Assembly (NCBI RefSeq): GCF_003286125.1
Contig: NZ_QMED01000002.1
Span: forward strand, 212,634 to 276,633
DNA: 64,000 nt
DNA from: Algibacillus agarilyticus
GTDB taxonomy: Bacteria > Pseudomonadota > Gammaproteobacteria > Enterobacterales > Alteromonadaceae
Direction of reading: 5' to 3'
The notes under the pieces were generated by a model that had not been told where the DNA came from, made no database searches, and was given only the letters and a program-made list of their open reading frames with translations. Position numbers and translations under genes: made by a program. This document shows, piece after piece, positions 38,146 to 48,712 of the stretch. Numbering within the stretch: position 1 is the first letter of the stretch; the number at the start of each line of letters is the position of its first letter.

Positions 38146-38572
38146 TTTAGCCTTTACTCTGTAATGAGTAAATAATTGTAAATTGAAAAATGCCAGCAAA
38201 TCGCTGGCGTTTTTTGTTTAAAGGGTATTTAAAAGGTAAAGTATAAAAAACATTGATGCCACTTTATTTGATAAATCAAAACGTTAGATGAGTTAGTATT
38301 TCAAGTTTTAAACGCTACACTTATTTTATGTTTATTAAATAATTGTACTGTTGAAAAATTTAAACTGATGCCAAGCCTCTTTTTACTTTGCTGCGTCTTA
38401 TCGGTAACAGCCTTTGCTCAAGGCAGTATTATCCTGTTTATAGATCGAGGCGAGTCGACCTTATTTTTACAATTTATAAAAGATGGCGATATAAAGTGCT
38501 TTCAAGTTGGATTAAAATCGTTGCGTCAGGCACATTACGCAATAAAAACAGATAATTAGCACAAGGTGATTA

Positions 38573-38998
38573 ATGATGAGTATTAATCAAATTATGTCGA
38601 CACGGGTGGTGAGTGTGCAAATGGATGACACGCTCGCAACAGCTAAGCAAATATTTGAAAACACAAAATTTCATCACTTATTAGTTATTGAAAAACATAA
38701 GCTAGTTGGTGTTGTATCCGATCGCGATATTTTAAAACAGTTAAGCCCATTTATAGATACGCCAAGAGAACACAATCGTGATACCGCCACGCTCAATAAA
38801 AAAATTCATCAAATGATGTCACGTGATTTGGTTGTTATGTTGGCCAATGAGCCAATTGCTAAAGCGGTTAGCTTATTCAATCAACATGCTATTTCATGCA
38901 TTCCGATTATCGATGAAAACAATGAACCCATTGGCATTGTGTCTTGGCGCGATGTAATGCGCTACCTCGAACACAGAATAAATCAGCGTAATGCATAA
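38573..38998 (+). CDS. CBS-pair domain protein
   Basis: Two CBS motifs (VVSVQMDDTLATA..., HHLLVIE..LVGVVSDRDIL; IPIIDENNEPIGIVSWRDVM). Confidence 0.8.
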   Translation: MMSINQIMSTRVVSVQMDDTLATAKQIFENTKFHHLLVIEKHKLVGVVSDRDILKQLSPFIDTPREHNRDTATLNKKIHQMMSRDLVVMLANEPIAKAVSLFNQHAISCIPIIDENNEPIGIVSWRDVMRYLEHRINQRNA

Positions 38999-39136
38999 AT
39001 AGTTTAATACCAAGTCACGTCAATATACTCGTTCAGCCTATCTGCATCTTGAAGTAACTTGAGTAAATAAATGAAAATGGCATGCGTTTGAGTCTGTGAT
39101 AAAATGCCAATAGAATTTTATTGGGTTAATTTTATC

Positions 39137-41218
39137 ATGACATTTAAGCGTTTAGCTGCACCAAATATATTGCCGCCTGTAGCACCAGAAAAGCCTTTTC
39201 AACAAACTCATCATGGTTATGTATTAGCAGATGAATTTCATTGGCTAAAAGATGCGGATTACCCCGATGTAAAAAATACAGACATTCTTGATTATTTAAA
39301 CCAAGAAAACACGTATTTCAAACAAGTCATGCAACCACATGAAACCTTGGTTGAAACCCTCTTTACCGAATTTAAAAACCGTGAGCAACCCGTTGAAACA
39401 TCTGTACCTTGGCGCGAAAACGGCTTTGAATATCGCTGGTATTTTCCTGAAAACGCAGAATACCGTATATGGGCCAGAACCGCGGTAAACACAAATAATG
39501 AACAAATCTTACTCGATGAAAATATCGAATCGGCCAATACTGAATTTTATACGTTAAGCCACTTGAGCATCAGCCCAAATAATCGTTACATGGCTTGGTC
39601 GGTTGATGACACCGGCTCTGAACGCTTTACTATTTACATTAAAGATTTACAAGATGATTGCCAGCTAGTTGAGGTGATTACACAAACTAGCGGCGAAATC
39701 GAATGGTCGCAAAATAGTACGGGCTTTTTTTATACACTAGTCAGTGAAGAGTGGCGTCCGTATCAGGTTCAATACCATGAATTACACACCGCCATAACCC
39801 GCGATAAAATAATTTATACCGAACAAGATCAAAGTTATTTTGTGGGCATAGACAAAACACAATCGGCCGAATTTTTATTAATTAGTACTGGCAGCCACAC
39901 CACAAATGAAGTTTACATTGTACCGAGTGCATCGCCATTACAGCCGCTCGAATTAATGGCCGGTCGCGAACACAATATGCAATATGATGTTGATCATGCC
40001 CAAGGTTATTTTTATATTCGCACCAATGATCAACACGAAAACTTTCGCATTGCGAAAACAGCCCAAAACACACCCGAGTTAAAAGCATGGCAAACGTGGA
40101 TCACGGGTAGTGATACACACTATATAACCGGGTTAGTTAGCTTTGCGACTTATGCCGCAATTGAGCTACGCGTCGATGGTTTAGCCCAAATTCAAATCAA
40201 GCCTTACCAAGGTGAAGCGCATTATATTCAATTTGACGAAACCGCTTTTGCCGCTCACATCGGTAATAATCCAGAATTTGACCCTGCATTTTTGCGTATT
40301 AATTATGGCTCAATGATCACACCAAATTCAGTATATGATTACCACGTTAACAACCAAACATTAACCTTAAAGAAAACCCAGCAAATACCCTCAGGTTACG
40401 ATAAAGATCAATACATCACCGAGCGTTTATGGGCAAAAGCGAAAGACGGCGCTAAGATCCCGATTTCGATAGTGTATAAAAAAGGCTTTATCGCTGATGG
40501 TTCACGGCCAATGCACCTGTATGGTTATGGCGCATATGCAATGGCAATGGAACCAGAGTTTTCTAAAACCGCACTCAGTTTACTCGATCGTGGCTTCTCT
40601 TATGCCATTGCGCATATTCGGGGTGGTGATGAAATGGGTTACAACTGGTACACCCAAGGTAAACTAGCGCAGAGACAAAACACCTTTAGTGACTTTATTG
40701 ATTGCGCAGAGTATTTAATTGCCGAAAAATATGTCAGTCGCGGTAATATTTCAATTTCGGGTCGCAGCGCGGGCGGCGAATTAATGGGAGCCGTAACAGT
40801 CCAAAACCCTGATTTATGGCGTTCTGTTATTTTAGGTGTGCCGTTTGTGGATGTTCTTAACACTATGCTTGACGATTCGCTGCCGCTAACGCCGATCGAG
40901 TGGCCAGAATGGGGTAACCCACTGGCCGACAAATCCGATTATGAATTGATCGCAAGCTACAGTCCGTACGATAATATCAAGCAACAAGCATATCCACCAA
41001 TGATGGTAACGGGTGGGCTGAATGATCCCCGCGTAACCTATTGGGAACCCGCGAAGTGGACAGCAAAAATGCGAAAACTAAAAACTGATCAACATTTATT
41101 AGTAATGCGTATGCACATGGGTGCAGGCCATTTTAGTAGCTCTGGTCGTTTTGCCCGTTTGAAAGACGATGCAGAAGAATTCACATTTATGTTACTCGCA
41201 CATGGTATAACGGCATAA
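39137..41218 (+). CDS. ptrB: Oligopeptidase B / S9 prolyl oligopeptidase-family protease
   Basis: N-terminal beta-propeller region (HWLKD, YEVL), catalytic GRSAGGELMGAV Ser motif, C-terminal His region; the ORF may start 33 bp earlier. Confidence 0.85.
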   Translation: MTFKRLAAPNILPPVAPEKPFQQTHHGYVLADEFHWLKDADYPDVKNTDILDYLNQENTYFKQVMQPHETLVETLFTEFKNREQPVETSVPWRENGFEYRWYFPENAEYRIWARTAVNTNNEQILLDENIESANTEFYTLSHLSISPNNRYMAWSVDDTGSERFTIYIKDLQDDCQLVEVITQTSGEIEWSQNSTGFFYTLVSEEWRPYQVQYHELHTAITRDKIIYTEQDQSYFVGIDKTQSAEFLLISTGSHTTNEVYIVPSASPLQPLELMAGREHNMQYDVDHAQGYFYIRTNDQHENFRIAKTAQNTPELKAWQTWITGSDTHYITGLVSFATYAAIELRVDGLAQIQIKPYQGEAHYIQFDETAFAAHIGNNPEFDPAFLRINYGSMITPNSVYDYHVNNQTLTLKKTQQIPSGYDKDQYITERLWAKAKDGAKIPISIVYKKGFIADGSRPMHLYGYGAYAMAMEPEFSKTALSLLDRGFSYAIAHIRGGDEMGYNWYTQGKLAQRQNTFSDFIDCAEYLIAEKYVSRGNISISGRSAGGELMGAVTVQNPDLWRSVILGVPFVDVLNTMLDDSLPLTPIEWPEWGNPLADKSDYELIASYSPYDNIKQQAYPPMMVTGGLNDPRVTYWEPAKWTAKMRKLKTDQHLLVMRMHMGAGHFSSSGRFARLKDDAEEFTFMLLAHGITA

Positions 41219-41350
41219 ATAACCATTATAACTATCGTGTTAAGATAAATAGACCAAAAGCGCTTCAATAAAGCACACGAAAACTAAGAAGTTTAACAAC
41301 TCATTTTTATTGACAAGATAATTAAATACACAAGGATTGAACGGCTTAAT

Positions 41351-44320
41351 ATGGCAACTCAAGCACAAAGCCCCGCTTTTTTAACCCGGTTTTTCACTTT
41401 TACAGGAAAATCATTACGTATACTGGTTTATATTTTACTCGGTACATTACTAGCAATTTGGTTATTTTCACCTTTAGCCATCCGCCTTGGCTTAAACCAT
41501 GTGTTAGATGAGCAAAATTTATCAATCGATGATAACAGCATCGTGCGCATTAACCCCTTTCTCGCGCGACTCAGTATTGAAGATTTAGTGTTACATGAAA
41601 ACCAAGAAAAGGTATTGAAAACAGACGCATTAATTGTCGATATCGCTTGGTTACCTTTATTGCAACATGAAGTGAATATCGAAGCGTTTACCATCGCAGG
41701 CTTTAGCATTAATAGTCAGTTTAATAAAAACGGTCAATTACAAAAAATTGCCGGTTTTATTTTACCAAAGGCAACTGAAGAAACAGACACAACTAGCGCA
41801 GAGCAACCCGTGATACCTTGGCGTATCACCGTAAATGAAAGTCTATTTAGCGACAGTATATTTAACCTTTATTTACCCCATAAAAAGCAAGCGATTGCCC
41901 TCACCCATTTAAATTTACGTCAGGTTGAATTAAGTCAACAAATTCAAGCATTGAATTTAGCACTGCAAGTAAAAGTAGATGGAACAACATTAGATCTAAC
42001 AAGCGATATTAAACTGGCTCAAGGTTTAGGTTTAATCGATAGCCAAATAACGTTAAGCCAAATAGATTTAGCCACATTAAAAAGCTGGTTACCGGATCAA
42101 GCTGCATTAAAACCTTTAAAAGGGATTGTTGATATAAAAGTGGCTAGCAAGATAAACATAAGCACCAACAATGTAGATATTGTCAAAAACAAAATCGATA
42201 TTAAACTGGCCGATATTGAATACACTCACGAACAAGGCGATATTTTATTAAGAGACTTTGCATTAAGCCTAAGCGACATTAATGTAAATTTATATCAGGG
42301 TAAACCGACAGCGGTCACGGCCAATATACAACAGCATTTAAGTGATTTAGTGATAGATCAATTACCAGCCCCGAGTCCCAAAATAACATTAGCCGCTTTT
42401 GATTTAACCATAGCAGACCTGAACCTCGAGTTTGAAAACGGCTTACTAAGTGAAGCCAATTTGCCGCTAATAACTAAATTGAGTGATTTATCGACCGTCG
42501 GTGGACCCACTCCCGATATGGTTAGCACTTTAACTCAATTTGATTTCAGCACACCTAAACTTAGTTTACTGTTTGAAGAACAACGTCCACACGCTATTAG
42601 CATGCAAAGCAAGTTAGACTTACATGAATTTAAAGCCGAAAATGCCAATGGCATATTGGCGCATTTTTCGGGTATCTCGTTAGAAGAGCTAGCCGTATTG
42701 GGTGCAATTGAGCAACCGGAAATCAATGTTTCAAATTTGCATATCAAACCTTTTGTTTTATCACAAGTTCACACTATCGCCCCCAGTAAAACTAAAGCAA
42801 TTCAAGCAAGCTCAAATGATGATGAACGGGCAATTGTCGCCGATAGTGTAAAAACAAATGTAACCGTTAATGAAACGGTAACGAATGAAACAGTAACGAA
42901 TGAAACAGTACCGAATCAAACAGTAACGAACCAAACAACCGCTAAGAATAAAACAGAAAAAGAAGAGCAAAATACCCCCACGTCGGCACCCGCTATAAAC
43001 CAAGAGACCTTAGATGTAACACAAACAAGTGCTGAATCCACCGTCGAATTACCGCCATTGTTAAGCAGTAACGGCATCACTATTTCGCATTTCAATATTG
43101 ATCAACAAGATATCGAGATTGGTGATATAGCATTAGATCATATTGAGGCTAATGCCTTTATTAATGCTAAGAAAAAGCTCAGTACCCAAGTTAGCCTAGA
43201 AAGCCAAAATGATACAGACGAGCCAGAATTAAATGAAGAAGCCTCAGCCTCGACAAGCGCGGCAGAAACAGAAACCAGCGCACAAAAACCGGCAATGCGC
43301 ATCAGTTTAAATCGCTTTGAACTGATTAATAACGCCGTTATTAATGTACGTGATGAAAGTATTAACCCCGCTTATGAACGAGGTTTCGAATTCACCACGC
43401 TTAGCTTAGGTCGTATATCAACCACTGAGCCTGAACGTGAAACACCTTATTTAATAAAAGGTAAAAGTGATCGTTATGCCGTCATCGATTTTAACGGCTT
43501 TATAAAACCACTGGCAAAAATCACCCATTACACCGCTCAAGGCCATATAAAAGAGCTTGATTTACCCGGATTGTCGCCGTATTTAAAAGGTCCGTTAAAG
43601 CATGAAATAAAAACCGGCCACTTTGATTTAGGTTTAAAAGTAAAAATAATCAACGAACAAATTGATGGTGATGCCGACATATTATTACGAGGTTTGGAGT
43701 TATCTGCGGCTAATAATATCGAAGCATCAACAATTAAAGACACAACAGCGATGCCATTGAATATGGCAGTAGGCGTGCTTAAAGATAGCGATAACAACCT
43801 TGAACTAAACATTCCATTAAAAGGCAGCCTGAGTGATCCATCATTTGATGGTTTGTCTGGCATTGTGGTTTTACTCAGTAAAAAAGCCGCGATGAAAGCC
43901 GCTACATCGCTATTGATGGATACGTTTGTTCCTTACGCTAATATAGTAAGTGTCGCGATGATGGCAGGTGAATACGCCTTAAAAGTTCGCTTTAATGATT
44001 TAGAGTTTGCTCCAAAACAAAGCGCACTAACCGCCGCACAAATAACCTTTGCAAATGACTTTATTGCGTTAATGAAAGATAAAGAAGACACTCAAATAAA
44101 CCTCTGTGCTATCGCAACGCCAGCCGATATTGATTTACCTGCCAAAAGTGTTTTAACATCATCACAAATAGCACAGCTCAATAAATTATCACAAGCTCGG
44201 CAACATGCATTTAAAGATTATGTATCGCAAGGTGGCGTGGCATCCGCACGCATTTTATTATGCGCCCCAACATTAGATAACAGCAAAGACGCTAAACCTC
44301 GTTTAAGCTTTAGCAGCTAA
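41351..44320 (+). CDS. Large AsmA-like/DUF748-type envelope protein (989 aa) with an internal TVTNE tandem repeat
   Basis: N-terminal TM anchor followed by a long beta-rich repetitive sequence; resemblance to the AsmA/TamB-like family is from memory only. Confidence 0.5.
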   Translation: MATQAQSPAFLTRFFTFTGKSLRILVYILLGTLLAIWLFSPLAIRLGLNHVLDEQNLSIDDNSIVRINPFLARLSIEDLVLHENQEKVLKTDALIVDIAWLPLLQHEVNIEAFTIAGFSINSQFNKNGQLQKIAGFILPKATEETDTTSAEQPVIPWRITVNESLFSDSIFNLYLPHKKQAIALTHLNLRQVELSQQIQALNLALQVKVDGTTLDLTSDIKLAQGLGLIDSQITLSQIDLATLKSWLPDQAALKPLKGIVDIKVASKINISTNNVDIVKNKIDIKLADIEYTHEQGDILLRDFALSLSDINVNLYQGKPTAVTANIQQHLSDLVIDQLPAPSPKITLAAFDLTIADLNLEFENGLLSEANLPLITKLSDLSTVGGPTPDMVSTLTQFDFSTPKLSLLFEEQRPHAISMQSKLDLHEFKAENANGILAHFSGISLEELAVLGAIEQPEINVSNLHIKPFVLSQVHTIAPSKTKAIQASSNDDERAIVADSVKTNVTVNETVTNETVTNETVPNQTVTNQTTAKNKTEKEEQNTPTSAPAINQETLDVTQTSAESTVELPPLLSSNGITISHFNIDQQDIEIGDIALDHIEANAFINAKKKLSTQVSLESQNDTDEPELNEEASASTSAAETETSAQKPAMRISLNRFELINNAVINVRDESINPAYERGFEFTTLSLGRISTTEPERETPYLIKGKSDRYAVIDFNGFIKPLAKITHYTAQGHIKELDLPGLSPYLKGPLKHEIKTGHFDLGLKVKIINEQIDGDADILLRGLELSAANNIEASTIKDTTAMPLNMAVGVLKDSDNNLELNIPLKGSLSDPSFDGLSGIVVLLSKKAAMKAATSLLMDTFVPYANIVSVAMMAGEYALKVRFNDLEFAPKQSALTAAQITFANDFIALMKDKEDTQINLCAIATPADIDLPAKSVLTSSQIAQLNKLSQARQHAFKDYVSQGGVASARILLCAPTLDNSKDAKPRLSFSS
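42861..42936 (+). repeat. 15-bp in-frame tandem repeat (about 5 units) encoding VTNET repeats
   Basis: GTAACGAATGAAACA units read directly. Confidence 0.8.
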
Positions 44321-44354
44321 CCCTTGCGGTCTAATTAAGTCGTTAATTTAAAAA

Positions 44355-44384
44355 CACAAAGGCCGCAAACAAGCGGCCTTTTTA
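44355..44384. terminator. Rho-independent terminator after the 989-aa gene
   Basis: GGCCGC-AAACAA-GCGGCC followed by TTTTT. Confidence 0.7.
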
Positions 44385-44649
44385 GTTCTTAAGAGCAAAA
44401 AACGCACATTACGTATAATACCAATCCGTAATAATAAGTGCCCACTCAGCGAGCGTTTAAATGCGCATACATAAAAGAATAGTGGTGCTCTTTTGAGTTC
44501 GAGCAATACAGAGTAAGCGCATTTAAAACTCGCCTGAAAGGAATGCCCCAGCGACTTTTGACCTGCGTTATCGGTATTTAAAAGGGAACAACCATTCCTA
44601 CACACCGACGCCTTGTTCAAAAACCGCTGGATGCATTCTGAGAGAGCAC

Positions 44650-46101
44650 TTATTTATATGAATTGGTATTAGACGGTGTAACGGTTTCTTCGGTTTTTTT
44701 TGTCACTTCTTTACCTTCTTTACCTTCTTTACCTTCTTTACCTTCTTTAGGTATAGTTAAATTGCGCATCCATTTTTTACTTGCCACCCGCCAACCAAAC
44801 AAGAATGCTTTACAAATTTCTTCTGAGTAGGCAACAAGCGCAACATAAAATAATGGCCACTGTAAATGAAAAGCGGCGTAATACGTTAAAGGTAAACTAA
44901 CAACCCATAAACCAAACGTGTCGGTAAACAAACAAAACTGATTGTCACCACCGGCTCTTAACATCCCCATGGCCAGTGTCATGTTAATCACCTTTATCCA
45001 AGCACTCAACGCGATGATCACAAACACATTTTTCGCCATCTGTTGGGTTTCAATAGGTAAAGCAGCAAAAGGTAAAAACAAGATATCTTGAATCATCAGC
45101 ATCGCTAACCCAAAAGCAAACGCGGCAAAGGGCGCAGCAATTGCAAAGGTGCGAGCGGTTGCCCAAGCCTCATCAAATTTATTAGCACCTAAATTTTGTC
45201 CCACCATAATTGAACAGGCCGATGCAAAACCAAAAAAGAGCGATAAAAAGAGACCTTCAATTGGGGTCAGCATGCTCATAACCGCGAGCTCTTGTGTGCC
45301 CATGCGGCCATATATCAGTTGATAAGCAAAAGTACCTAACGACCATATGCCAAAACTAAACATCATTGGCCAAACAAGCTTAACTAATTTGAACCACTCT
45401 GCTTTGTTATTCAATACAATGAAATCTTTTATGCGAGGATATAAAATATGTTTGGTTTTAGCTAAAATATACAATAAGAATAAAACATGAAAACAGCGTG
45501 AAATAGTCGTCGCCCAAGCTGCACCTTCAACACCTAACGCTGCAATACCCACACCGCCATTAATGAGCCAATAGTTAAGAACAATGTTTAATGCAATCGC
45601 GACCGCGCTAAACACCATAGGCAACTTAACTTGATTTAATGCCCGTAATGCGTTTTCAAATACAAAAATAATGGCGACAAAAAATAAGCTTGGCATGGTG
45701 ATCCATAGATACGCTTCACCTAGATTAATGACATTACTATCTTGGCTACCTAACGCCATGGCATCATCAGCCACAAAATAGGTAGCAAATATAATAGGTA
45801 ATAATGCGACCATAGCGACGGTTAAGCCCATAATAATCGCTTGTCGGATCCGCCTCTTCTGCCCCGCACCAAAATATTGAGCCGAGAGAATACCAACCCC
45901 CCACGCCAAGCCCAGTATGATGATCATCACAACAAACATAATGCGGTTACCCAAACCAACAGATGCCACCGCAGCATCGCCAAGGTGGCTCACCATAATC
46001 ACATCGATCATGCTCAATAATGTAACTAATACGTTTTGTAACGAGATAGGCCATGCAAGTTTAAAACTGCGCTGTAGTGCTTGCATATTAAAACGAGGCA
46101 T
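44650..46101 (-). CDS. MATE-family multidrug efflux transporter with a C-terminal (KEG)n tail
   Basis: 12-TM MATE pattern (WPISLQNVLVTLLSMIDVIMVSHLG); 483 aa. Confidence 0.85.
   Translation of the reverse strand: MPRFNMQALQRSFKLAWPISLQNVLVTLLSMIDVIMVSHLGDAAVASVGLGNRIMFVVMIIILGLAWGVGILSAQYFGAGQKRRIRQAIIMGLTVAMVALLPIIFATYFVADDAMALGSQDSNVINLGEAYLWITMPSLFFVAIIFVFENALRALNQVKLPMVFSAVAIALNIVLNYWLINGGVGIAALGVEGAAWATTISRCFHVLFLLYILAKTKHILYPRIKDFIVLNNKAEWFKLVKLVWPMMFSFGIWSLGTFAYQLIYGRMGTQELAVMSMLTPIEGLFLSLFFGFASACSIMVGQNLGANKFDEAWATARTFAIAAPFAAFAFGLAMLMIQDILFLPFAALPIETQQMAKNVFVIIALSAWIKVINMTLAMGMLRAGGDNQFCLFTDTFGLWVVSLPLTYYAAFHLQWPLFYVALVAYSEEICKAFLFGWRVASKKWMRNLTIPKEGKEGKEGKEGKEVTKKTEETVTPSNTNSYK
44707..44751. 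repeat. 9-bp tandem repeat x5 (encodes KEGKEGKEG...)
   Basis: TTCTTTACC units read directly in the 3-prime end of the MATE gene. Confidence 0.8.
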
Positions 46102-46274
46102 TAAAATTCCTTAAAAGATAATTACGATTGGCTGAACAGGCGCGTATTTTAGAGTTTGCTGAAAAAACAAACAGTATTAAAATTATCAACTTGTATGTTT
46201 AAAACTATCATTTGAAACGCTACACTCTATTTTTAGTTATGAATATTTAACCCCGTTAATACAAGGTTCACCTG

Positions 46275-47144
46275 ATGTTTACAGATGTATTAAACATACA
46301 TGACGATTGTGAAGAAGCCTTTCTCGACTTTACAACGATGGCAGGTAATGGCAACGAGTTTATCGCGTGTGCTGGTGTATCAACATTACGCACTCACTAT
46401 GAAGTGGGGCAACGAGAAAACCAAACCTCGATAAAAGATCATAAAAAACAACAGATACACTACATATTGGCGACACAATCAGGCCAAGGAAAACTCAGAG
46501 TAAGTTCTGGGGAATATGCAATAGAACCCGACAGCATTGTTATTATTCCGGCGGGCCAAGCCTTTAAATATGAATTAACGGGTGATGAATGGACCATGTG
46601 CTGGCTATTATTAAAAGACTGCCCTGCGTATCAATTTATTCATGATATTCCTGCTCACGTTTTTGATAGTAACGAAGCAAAAGGTTTGCATCAAACCATG
46701 TGCATGTTGCTCGATGTATCACGCACAACAAGCTTGCATCAGGCTGATATAGAGATCAGATTAATCGAAATACTGCGCTTTCAAGTCGACCAAGCCTTAA
46801 ACAAAAATATGCGCTTAGACCGACAACAACTTAAATTTAGACACGTTATGCATCATGTTTATAAACAATTACATCACCCTTGGACTGTTGCCGAACTCGC
46901 TGAAAAAATGCATTTATCTGAACCACACTTTTTCCGGCTTTGCCAACAAGAAACAAAGATGAGCCCAATGAAGTTATTAACCAAAGTAAGATTAGAGTAT
47001 GCCTGTCATTTGCTAAAACATACGCAGTTTAATCTTGAACAAATTGCGGCAAGTATTGGCTATAAAGATGGAGCCGCCTTTGCGCATCGCTTTAAAAAAA
47101 CGATGGGGATAGCACCAGGAAAATGGCGAGAGAAAGCGATATAG
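46275..47144 (+). CDS. AraC-family transcriptional regulator
   Basis: C-terminal AraC HTH (AASIGYKDGAAFAHRFKK); divergent from the MATE gene. Confidence 0.8.
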   Translation: MFTDVLNIHDDCEEAFLDFTTMAGNGNEFIACAGVSTLRTHYEVGQRENQTSIKDHKKQQIHYILATQSGQGKLRVSSGEYAIEPDSIVIIPAGQAFKYELTGDEWTMCWLLLKDCPAYQFIHDIPAHVFDSNEAKGLHQTMCMLLDVSRTTSLHQADIEIRLIEILRFQVDQALNKNMRLDRQQLKFRHVMHHVYKQLHHPWTVAELAEKMHLSEPHFFRLCQQETKMSPMKLLTKVRLEYACHLLKHTQFNLEQIAASIGYKDGAAFAHRFKKTMGIAPGKWREKAI

Positions 47145-47210
47145 ATAAGTTTATGCTCAAAATAGCCTGTAGATAACAGCTGAGCGAAGTTGCGCTTTAT
47201 CGCAAAGCGC

Positions 47211-47669
47211 TTAGGTGTATGAGCGAATGTGTAACCATTCGGCTTCTGAAACCGGCATAATTGATAACCGGCAGCCTTTTTTAACGAGTGCCAGCTCGGT
47301 TAATTCAGGCATGTTTTTTAATTCACGTAATGTGATTTCACGTTTAAATTTTTCAACAAACTGTACATCAACCATCCACCAACGCGGGTTGTCTGGATGC
47401 GATTTATCGTCAAAGTATTTAGATTCTGGGTTAAATGCGGTGTGATCGGGATAACTCGCTTTAACCACTTTAGTAATGCCGACAATCGCAGGGGTTTTAC
47501 AGCCACTGTGATAAAAAAATACCGGATCACCAACCTTCATCTCATCACGCATCATATTACGCGCTTGATAATTACGCACACCATCCCAGTGTTCTGTTTG
47601 TAAAGGTCGAGCCGCGAGATCATCAATGCTAAAAGCATCAGGCTCAGTTTTCATTAACCAATATTTCAT
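47211..47669 (-). CDS. EVE (PUA-like) domain protein
   Basis: MKYWLMKTEPD...W.GVRNYQARN is the EVE signature. Confidence 0.8.
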   Translation of the reverse strand: MKYWLMKTEPDAFSIDDLAARPLQTEHWDGVRNYQARNMMRDEMKVGDPVFFYHSGCKTPAIVGITKVVKASYPDHTAFNPESKYFDDKSHPDNPRWWMVDVQFVEKFKREITLRELKNMPELTELALVKKGCRLSIMPVSEAEWLHIRSYT

Positions 47670-47682
47670 TATAAATCTCTGC

Positions 47683-48423
47683 TTATTCTGCTGAATAAGC
47701 GTATCGCGTATTCATATCGGTTTGCGGTAAATGTGAAATTCGACTAATCATGATATGTTTTTCTAACAGAGGTAATTCTTCTAGCAATACCGCTAATGTT
47801 TCTGGGTATGGGTGGCCAATTGCAATGGCAAAACCTTGTTTTTCAGCGGTTTTAATAAGTAACCTTAATTGTTTACGCACAAAGGCTTTGCTTTGAATTG
47901 AATCTAAAAAAACGTGCCGACGCCAATTCGTCACGCCCGTTTCATCAGCAACTTGTTCTGCAAGTGTGTATTTAGTGGTACGGCTATCAACAAAATATAA
48001 ATCACGCTCTTTGAGGGCTTGCATAAACACTTGCATGGGTTTACGCATTTGCGTCAATTTACTGCCCATATGATTATTCACACCAACAGCATAAGGTAAA
48101 GCAACTAAGCTATCGAGTAATTGCTGCTCGATAGCGGCATCTGACATATCGCTGACAATAGCACCGGGGCCTAAACGATAACCTGATAATGTTTCCATCG
48201 GTACATGTAACATAACTTCACGATCAGCTAACGAGGCTCTTTGGGCAATTTGACGGCCATAAGGCGTATGAGGCAAAACAGAAATAGTAACTTCATCAGG
48301 TAAATTCAAAACTTGCGTATCATTATGACTATTACCAACATCGTCAATGATAATGGCAATAGTGGCAGCTTGGGCAGGAGAAAAACACATCAAAACCAAC
48401 ACTGCGAAAAAAAGTCGAACCAT
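47683..48423 (-). CDS. yibQ: Divergent polysaccharide deacetylase family protein YibQ
   Basis: Signal peptide and the YibQ-like pattern; gpmI-envC-yibQ synteny as in E. coli. Confidence 0.7.
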   Translation of the reverse strand: MVRLFFAVLVLMCFSPAQAATIAIIIDDVGNSHNDTQVLNLPDEVTISVLPHTPYGRQIAQRASLADREVMLHVPMETLSGYRLGPGAIVSDMSDAAIEQQLLDSLVALPYAVGVNNHMGSKLTQMRKPMQVFMQALKERDLYFVDSRTTKYTLAEQVADETGVTNWRRHVFLDSIQSKAFVRKQLRLLIKTAEKQGFAIAIGHPYPETLAVLLEELPLLEKHIMISRISHLPQTDMNTRYAYSAE

Positions 48424-48712
48424 GTAAACATCTTCCTACTATTTATAATATTCAGCTATAAGCCTATAAAGAACACATTATGCGAGTAAAACTCGATACG
48501 ACATCCATTATCTAACACGATGGTTGGCGGTTAAACGGCCAAAATACTACCAGATAGCAGAGTAATGCCCAACGCTTAAATGCACCTTTAGCTGACTTTT
48601 TTTTTTAAACTTCAACAAGTCGATCACCTTTGGTTAGAGCTGATCAAAAGTGAAAAAAACAAGCGCTAAAATAGAGAGGCGTTATTACAGAAAATAAGAG
48701 GGGTTAGCTAAT

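Noticed and set aside
38368-38559. 63-aa ORF with a signal-peptide-like N-terminus just upstream of the CBS gene
   Set aside because: It is possibly a real small secreted protein, but at 63 aa with no conserved motif the evidence is insufficient to call.
42861-42936. Considered whether the 15-bp repeats (and those at 16307, 44707, 55195) could be a CRISPR array
   Set aside because: The units are contiguous tandem repeats without unique spacers. They are far shorter than CRISPR repeats and mostly in frame within genes. No cas genes are present.
44348-44620. 90-aa minus-strand ORF in the convergent gap after the 989-aa gene
   Set aside because: It overlaps the rho-independent terminator of the upstream gene. 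It has no RBS, no recognisable domain, and arbitrary composition.
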